Source of the DNA: the human T2T-CHM13v2.0 reference genome, Homo sapiens
Assembly (NCBI RefSeq): GCF_009914755.1
Contig: NC_060931.1
Reading direction: 5' to 3' (one strand)
Length of the DNA stretch: 64,000 nucleotides
Shown here: piece by piece, positions 53,523 through 64,000 of the stretch
How the letters are laid out: the number at the start of each line of letters is the position of its first letter
Position numbering within the stretch: position 1 is the first letter of the stretch
The notes under the pieces: model-generated
The model's input: the letters and a program-made list of their open reading frames with translations, nothing else
Told to the model about the DNA's origin: nothing
Databases searched by the model: none
Position numbers and translations under genes: made by a program

Positions 53523-55076
53523 CTTTTCTACTCTATTTCTGCTTCCCATTCTTCAACTTACTACTGCAGAGCTAATCCATTAGCTAGTATATAGTAGAAA
53601 CTGAAAAAAAATTGAAATGCATTTCTTTTATTGCTATAATCACAAATATGTTACACAGACCTACCTCAATGCTAGAGTTCATCCATTGAGTTGGCTCAGT
53701 TATGTTTAATATTAGTTTAATATTTCAAACATAGCAAAAATGGTTTATTAGTTACTTATAATAGGTGGAGGAAAGTAATCAATAGGCTTCTTAGAAACAC
53801 TCTGATTACTGATCTAAACCCCATTCTTCAGTGAAATTGTTTTGATAATGTATACAATTTCAGAAATTTATATTTTTGCTCCTAAAATCACAATGTATTT
53901 AGTTAAGAGAAATAAAAATAACTTTAGCTGACTTTATAATATATAAAGTTTATTTTAAACCTTTGTCTTTAAATGAAAAAAATAATGTTATTAGAGGCTT
54001 TATACTTTTCTGTATATAACATCAGGCTAATTTTCACTAGACTGTAAATATTCTTATATGGACAGGCAAATCAGTACTGAATATACAATAAATTTTCTTT
54101 TCTATGGATTGTGCCTAAATTACATCAGTTTAGAACAAACACATTTAATTAAAGCCAATAAATTCAGGTGTTCTATGATTGTTATACTTTTTTCTTTTCA
54201 ATGAAAAATAGCCAGACCTGTTCACTGAGGCTTGTTGTAATTATGGATTTTAATGTGAATCAGCTATCATTTGATGTTCCACCAAGAAAATGTTTTTACA
54301 TTTTAAAGAGCTTTAAGATTTGTTATTTGAGTTAGTGTCCTTTGAATAATGGCTGAGAGAACAGTTTTTTTTCAATTACACAAGTATTTCTTCATCTATT
54401 TAGAAGCTCTGAGGTCAGACTAGATTAAAAACGCACACACGCATTTGTCTCAAGTAATGGTGGAAAGTTACCTCCTTGGTGGCTGCAGTATGCAAGATTG
54501 TGTGTGATTTGGTTTCTAATCTTTCATTTCTTTCCAGCAGGAAAAAATAACCTTCCTCAGGCAAGAAAAAAACATTGTACTTGGGGAGTTGCTTTTGATC
54601 AAAGAAAGGGGCAATAGTTATTTCCTGAAAATGGTGACAAGAATGAAAAATGGAAAGAAAGATCTATTTTAACTAGCAGTAATGATTTTGGGGGAGGAAT
54701 AGGGAGAGTATATGTGAGGAAACAAGGAAGGAAACTGAGAGTAACAGTCACTGATGCCAGTTTGTGAAAGGGATGAGGCTGACCAACATGCCTTGAGGCC
54801 ATATCAGAAGATTTTAGTTTTCATATAAAATATTTATATTTCCATCTTTTTTTCCTATATTATGAGGGCAATCAAAAGAAGAATTTTGGCTTTGTACAGA
54901 ATTTTCCTACGTATTGATGAAGTAAAAATGCCAAGTATATTCACATTTTCAAGGTTTTACTGAGAATAAAGTTTATACCTAGAAATGATTTTAATACAAG
55001 CAATGGGCTATTCTAGGAAAACAAAACGGAGAGAGATGGTCTAACAGGAATGATGTAGCAGAATTAACATAAATGC

Positions 55077-55418
55077 TGCTATGCTTTGGTTCTGTGTCCC
55101 CACCCATTCCCACGTGTTGAGGGAGGGAAGTGATAGGATTATGGTGGGGGGGTGGTTTCTCCCATCCTGTTCTCGTGATAGCGAGTCTCACGAAATCTTT
55201 TGGTTTTAAAACAGGCAGTTTTTTCCTGTGCTCCTACTTCCCTCTCTTCTGCCACCTTGTGAAGAAAGTGCCTGCTTCCCCTTCACCTGCCGCCATGATT
55301 GTCAGCTTCCTGAGGCCTCCGCAGCCATGCTGAACTGTGAGTCAATTAAACCTCTTTCCGTTATAAACTACCCAGTCTCAGGCAGTTCTTGACAGCAGTG
55401 CAAAAATGGACTAATACA
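55077..55418 (+). mobile_element. THE1D-type MaLR solo LTR
   Basis: CCTGAGGCCTCC...GAACTGTGAGTCAATTAAACCTCTTT...GGACTAATACA. Confidence 0.92.
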
Positions 55419-55549
55419 AATAGAAAAGATGTTATCAATTTCATCCTCCCCAGAACTTTCATGTTTTCACTAGATTTATGAGATATATTTTTCAATCTTC
55501 TTGAAAATCAACACAAGCCCTTCGTTATCTAGTCTCATTCTAAAATAAA

Positions 55550-56180
55550 GTATTTGTTTTATATTGGCACCATGACAATTTCAACTAAATTAATGGCTTC
55601 AGCAACATAAATTATTATCTCACACTTCTGTAGGTCTGAAGTCTGAGTGGGCTCAACCAGCTCCCCTGTTCAACATCCGACAAGGTCCAAACGAAGGTGA
55701 CAATCAACAGGGATCTTATTGGGAAGCTCTGGTAAGAGTACATTTCCAGGTTTATTAAGGTTGTTGGCAGAATTTAGTTGTTTGCAGTTGTATCACCATT
55801 CCCAGTATCTTGTACAGTTGTACGTCATTGTTTTCTTGCCTGTGTCAACTGGTGGTTGCTGGTGTCAGCTCCTAGTAACCTGTCTCCAGACTTCCTATGT
55901 GAGCCTCCACATCGCAAAACCAGCAATGACGCCTCTGAACCTTCTCAGGCGGAATCTTTCTAATTTCTCCCTCTACCAAGCCTCTCTTTCTCCAGCTAAA
56001 GAATGTTCTCTACTTTTAAAGGTTCATATGATTAGATTGGGTTCACCTGGATACTTAAAGATGCTTGCCCTATCTTAAGGTTTGTAACCTTAGTTACAGC
56101 TACAAAGTCCATTTTGCCATATTCACAGATTCCAGGAATGACGATATGGACATCTTTGGGAGGCTACTGTTCATACCACA
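55550..56180 (-). mobile_element. MLT1E-type MaLR LTR
   Basis: TTATTATCTCACACTTCTGTAGGTC; GGTTGTTGGCAGAATT; GGACATCTTTGGGAGG...TACCACA. Confidence 0.75.
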
Positions 56181-56419
56181 AATACTAATCTCACAATAAT
56201 CTGTTTATGGCCTATATTTTGGCCATTACTTCACTGAAACTCATACTCTGCATTTTGTTAAGTATTCACTCTCTGAGCTGAAGCACAGTAATACAGAAAA
56301 ACCTAGATGATTCAAAATGAAAAACATTGATAGAGTAAAAAGAATAGCAGAAATCATTGGTTTCTGAGACTAATATGCAAAAGTTTACTTTTCCATATTT
56401 TTTGATAGTATTTTTCCTT

Positions 56420-56800
56420 GTTTTTAATTGTGATATACTTTAGATAAGATGAAATGCACAATTTTTAAGTCATTATTCAATGACTTTTGATAAAAATGTA
56501 TGATTGAGCCACCCACAGCCCATAGAACATTGACATTACCCCAGAAATTTCTCATGCCACTTAACAATCAATTCCCATCACCCTCCAGCCATTATTCTTG
56601 TTTCTATCACTACAGATAGATCTTGCACATTCTGCAACTTTATATAGATGTGATCATACAATACATACTTTTGGTGTCTTTTTTTGTAGTACTTTTGAGT
56701 CGTTTTCAATTATTTGACTATATCACAGCTGTTACAATCCATTCTCCAATTTTAGGGGCCTTTGAGTTCTCTTCAGTTTGGGGTTATCAAGAATAATTAT
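56420..56800 (-). mobile_element. L1ME 3' end remnant
   Basis: AAATGCACAATTTTTAAG...CATAGAACATTGACATTACCCCAGAAA. Confidence 0.65.
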
Positions 56801-56909
56801 ACTGTTATCTTTATTTCTGTTAGGCTTGACAATATTTCATAATCATGTATTCTTAGAATAATGTGCAATTTATTTATTTACGCAGTCATATTGATTTTTA
56901 GGTAAATAT

Positions 56910-59224
<2,315 letters not shown>

Positions 59225-59874
59225 CTACTTTAAGTGACTTTTTCCATTCTCATAAAATAATTAGCAGATTATCCAGTTTATAAACTTGATGACATTGCTA
59301 TATAAGATATTGGAAAACAAATTCCACTATATAATATTTGCAGAGATAAGTTTTTGAAATTGATAAGCCACTTTTCCAGGATTTTTTATGCTAAATACAA
59401 TTGTTTGGATAAGGACATTCTTATAAATACCTGGCTTCATAACTAATACAAGCAATTTATCATAACATACCCACAGTTAATTTTTTTCTTCACTTTTGCC
59501 CTACAATCGGTGCTCTTAAATTCCTTTATAATATCTTTAAAGGCACAGAAGTAAGAAATGGAGAGAAAAATAAGCCTTAGAAGTCTTTGGGCTCCAAAAA
59601 TCTTTTCTGTTGGTAACCATAGCAGCTCGTGACTCAATAAAATGATAAAAAGTCTTCATATTTTGGGGTTAAAAATCTTGAATATGTTAGTTTTTCTGAC
59701 AAATATAATCAGATACGACAATTACTAAATCAGGATATTAAAACTATCATCTCAGGATAATAACAATTACGTATTTTCCTGTTGAAATTTTAGATTCTTT
59801 GATGTTGTCATTGTCCCTTAAGGAAAACCTATCTGTCCTTGTGCCCCAGTAGCACTCCACATCTTTGGTAGATG

Positions 59875-61154
59875 TGAGTTTACATTTTTTATCACTACTC
59901 TTGTGATTGAACAGCATGCTTTAACATTTCTTGTAGTGCTTTTCTGGTGGTAACAAATTCTTTCACCTATTATTTTAACCTTATTAAAGTGTTAATTTTG
60001 CCTTTTGAAGATTATTTTCACTGGATATATAATTCTGAAGTGACTTATTATTTATTCTCTATACTTTAAATAATTTTTAGATTTTCATTTGGCTTACGTT
60101 TGTTCTGATGAGAAGTCAGAAGTATTTTTTATCATTATACCCTTTTCTATTACATGCCTTTTCTCCTGCCTACAATTAAGAATTGTGAATTGTATTACTG
60201 TGTTGATATTCTACATCTCTCCACTGTCTTCCTTCTTTTCCTCTAAATCCTTGGACGTATTTTAATACCAGCTTAATAATGCTTGTTTTTATTCTTAACA
60301 ACATCCTGGCTATCTTAGGTCTGTTTCTATTGCTTATTTTTCTCCTAATTTTCTCATAGGTTTCTGCTATTTTTGCATGTTTAATAATTGTTTTTATTTT
60401 ATATTTGACATTCTTCATACTATATTATTTAGATTCTAGACTTCTGTCTTTGGTAGAAGTGTGTTGAATTTTATTTTGAGCAGACAGTTAATTTACTGGC
60501 ACATTAATTTGATCCAGTTGGTGCCTATTTTTAAGGTTTTAAGGCTGATTTAAGAGTTTTTCTTCTGATAGGAGTAGATGAGCCCTACTTTGGAAGCTGA
60601 CTTTCCTGAGTTCTTATTTAAACACTGGGAGATGCTCAGTGAGTCTTTTCACTTTGGCTAGTTCAAACTCTAATGGCTTTCAACATTGTTGAACCAGTGA
60701 AATCCTCATGCCGCTCATTGCCCCTTAGAAACTGTTCTCTGTGTGGCCTTGTGAAATCTTACTCTGCACATGCATAATATGTTGTTCACTCAAAAAATTC
60801 TAGAAGACTCATTTCTAGATTTTTAGATCTCTTTCTCAGTTCGACTCTTTCTTCTCTGGAATGTTCTTCATAAATTCCAGCCACCTCAGCTGCAACCTAC
60901 AATCGGTTTCTCCATTCAGAAAAATTGCTGCGATCTATTTGGGCTCCTCTTTCCTTTCCTGCAGTTTTGGAAATATCCCTGTATAAAAGGCCAGCTTTAA
61001 ATGTGGAGTTCACTTCAAGGATCACTACTCTATGCTGTGTGTTGTAAAATGCTTCAAAATAGGCACATGGTATATTTTGTCTAGTTTTATAGTTGTTTAC
61101 AGCAGAAGATTCAGTCTGAAATCCATTATTTTATTATGGCCAGAACGAGAAGTC
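59875..61154 (-). mobile_element. L1ME-type 5' UTR/ORF1 remnant
   Basis: TTCTGATGAGAAGTCAG; terminal TAGTTTTATAGTTGTTTACAGCAG...TGGCCAGAACGAGAAGTC. Confidence 0.65.
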
Positions 61155-61169
61155 AAGCACTCTGTTTTT

Positions 61170-61287
61170 TTAAAAAAGCACATATTGTGTACCTGCTATC
61201 TTCCATGTACCATACCAAGTGTGTTCAAATACATAGTCAAGTCAGCTTTTACTATTAGTTGTTCCCCATGAAGGGCTTACATTTTAT
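61170..61287 (-). mobile_element. L2 3' end fragment
   Basis: CATATTGTGTACCTGCTAT...CCATGAAGGGCTTACATTTTA. Confidence 0.5.
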
Positions 61288-61671
61288 TTTATTTTTTTTC
61301 TGAGAGAGGGCTTAGGCAGATTTTTATTCAATATCTATGCATTTGCTCATGCTGACTATTTCTGGTATATTTTTACATACTTCTTAAACACTGTTTGTCT
61401 TACAAGATTTATGGCAATTCTTTTTTGCATGTTTTTCTAATTCATCTTCAAAATCAACCTTTCCCAACTTCATTTGTTCATAAGATAATTTTAAATTCAC
61501 CTCTGTTAGAGCATTTACCCTGTTGAATTATAGCTATCTCTGTATGTGTCATAAAAACCTAGCAAAATTTTAGGCTGCAACTGCCACTTTCCTCTCTTTG
61601 TGACTCAGCTTGTCACAGTTACAAGTGCACATATTAGGCCATTTCTAAGGGTTCATTGTACTGAATACACG

Positions 61672-61860
61672 CTACCTAATTTAACTCACATAATAATCTT
61701 GTGAGGTATATAGTATAATTATCATTATGTTTAATAAATGAATTGAGTCTCATATAAGTTACTTATTTATTCTAGTTTACTAATGTCTGTGATAGAACTG
61801 AATTCTGAGTTCAAGCTCCGTGTTTCCAACTCGAAATCTACTAATCTTCACTATACCACA
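61672..61860 (-). mobile_element. MIR
   Basis: TAATTTAACTCACATAATAATCTTGTGAGGTA...TCTTCACTATACCACA. Confidence 0.6.
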
Positions 61861-62919
61861 TTTATCATGCATTGCCTTCACTCTTGTTAGCCTGACAAAT
61901 AGGAAAGTAATACAATAATCCTTAAATATCAGTAGTATCTCATACAATTTCATATAACTCATTCAATTGTAATCCCAATTGAAAATGTCTATACAGCTTA
62001 ATTAGTCTAACTCCCCATTCAATGGCCGTATATTCTCTACAGTATTCCTAACCATAAGACTTTGTTTTGACCCTGCTGTTTGTGTCCCCCATCCCTTAAA
62101 GCAATCCATGTATGATAGTAATTATTAATTCCTTAGAGTAGTTTACATATGCCATCCTAAAACTTGTACGCCATTCCGTTCTCCACCCTTCATGGCTGTA
62201 TAAAATTTGTCCCCTTGGTCATTCATTGGCTAGCCCTCAAATATTTGAAAACAACTAATGTTGCCTTAAGTCCTCTTTCTTTCAAGGTAAGCATCTTTAG
62301 TTGCTTTTCTTTGCTCTTCTTCTTAGATTGGTTTCTAATCTTTACATCAAATATTTTCTGTTTGTGGACAAGATTTTTAAGGAATCTAAAACTATGAAAC
62401 ATACTGTCCTATATGATCACAGTAATCTGTGAGGCTATTATTATCTTAGGAGTTATTACAATCTCTTACTTTCCCTTCCCAAGATGAACAACATAGCAAC
62501 ATGAATAAAGAAAATTTTCCCTCTAGTAACTACAAGAGTTAGAGTAACTATGATTTACAGATGAAAACCTAGGGCCAGAGCCTTCCTGTAGGATATTAGG
62601 CTTCCTTTTCAAGAGGTGCCCCCCTATATAATATTTTTAAATTATCTGCCCTCTTCCTTCAATTCTGTCACTCTGTTATGCCCTTTGAAAAGAGACAGTG
62701 AAGGAGTTATATTTGGAAATACGCCCCATATTTTTTCTGATCACTGGAATGCAGAGGTGAATATGAATTTTATGAGTCTGTAGAGTTATTTTCAGTAATT
62801 AATTCTACAATCTTAAAAATAGCTCTCACCATAAATCAACAGCTGAATGGTGGGAGTTGGACATAATGGAGAAAATATGGACTAAAGAGATTATGAACAG
62901 GTATTGCAGAGAATCCATA

Positions 62920-63224
<305 letters not shown>

Positions 63225-64000
63225 GAGAATCCATATTTTAATTGGGTGAATTAAGTAAACTCTTGGATGGATTAAAAGGTTAGGTTCTGGTTGGATGTGG
63301 TTTTCCCTTATGTTTCAGAAATATGTCAACTCCCAATTTACAACAAAGGCCCAAATTCACAAAAAGAGAAAGACACCTCCTTCCCTACCTAGTAGAAGAA
63401 ACTAATATTGCCTTCAGACCATCCATATGCCATTATTTTTTTATATTACTCAGACTATAATAGGCAGTGAACTTTCAATAATATATCACCTGATCTTTTG
63501 GTGTCTATACGAGAAACCTGTAATCTTTCTCTGATAAAGAGAATGAACCCATGAGCCAATATACCTGACAAATGTGTAAAGGCAGGGGCAGTGCCCAGGT
63601 GTCCCTGAGAAGTCTATATCTGCCACTACTCAGGGCCACAGAGGGTACATATCACATGCAAGCACACACTTGCACTCACATGCGTGCATGTTTACCCTCT
63701 GGATTAGCCCAATTCTCCATTCACCTTTAGTTTTGCCTCATATTTTGGGAGTTCAGATTAGAAAACTGATGTAATCCATCCACATTTCTGGCATCTCTAA
63801 GCTTATATGGTATCAATGACCTCATGATTCTTTAGATTTATTTTTAATATCTGAGTATTTACTTTCAAGGGTTAATTAACCTTGGTGAAATCTTAAAATC
63901 TTCAGCTAAAGATATACTACATGACAGGCATACAATTTTGGAACTGCTTTGTTATGAACCTATACAACGTAAATTGGCAGTGGTCACATATTAAAGTAGC

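Overview
Human non-coding genomic DNA. A near-consensus AluYb8 at 62.9 kb, a human-specific subfamily, fixes the species. I find no protein-coding gene, processed pseudogene, RNA gene or CRISPR-like array. Nearly every ORF in the track is a read-through of Alu, L1, Tigger1, LTR or microsatellite sequence, and the rest show no recognisable protein. The window is a stack of interspersed repeats: about 20 Alus, two primate L1PA 3' fragments, many old L1M/HAL1/L2/MIR remnants, solo LTRs (MER52, MER21, MER4, MER93-like, three THE1D-like, several MLT1) and DNA transposon fossils (Tigger1, Tigger3a, MER47A, MER115, MER96, MER94). The first ~9.6 kb is much more Alu-dense than the AT-rich remainder and ends at an abruptly truncated L1, which may be a duplication or rearrangement boundary. 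I do not see a new biological system. The most interesting signals are repair and insertion scars: a locally templated, direct-repeat-flanked insertion with a fold-back at 18.5 kb, a GC-rich MER52 LTR inserted inside an AluJ, an ancient L1 that kept both ends and its TSD, and a very young AluYb8. Repeat subfamily names come from recalled consensus sequences and need RepeatMasker/Dfam confirmation. Boundaries of old repeats are approximate.
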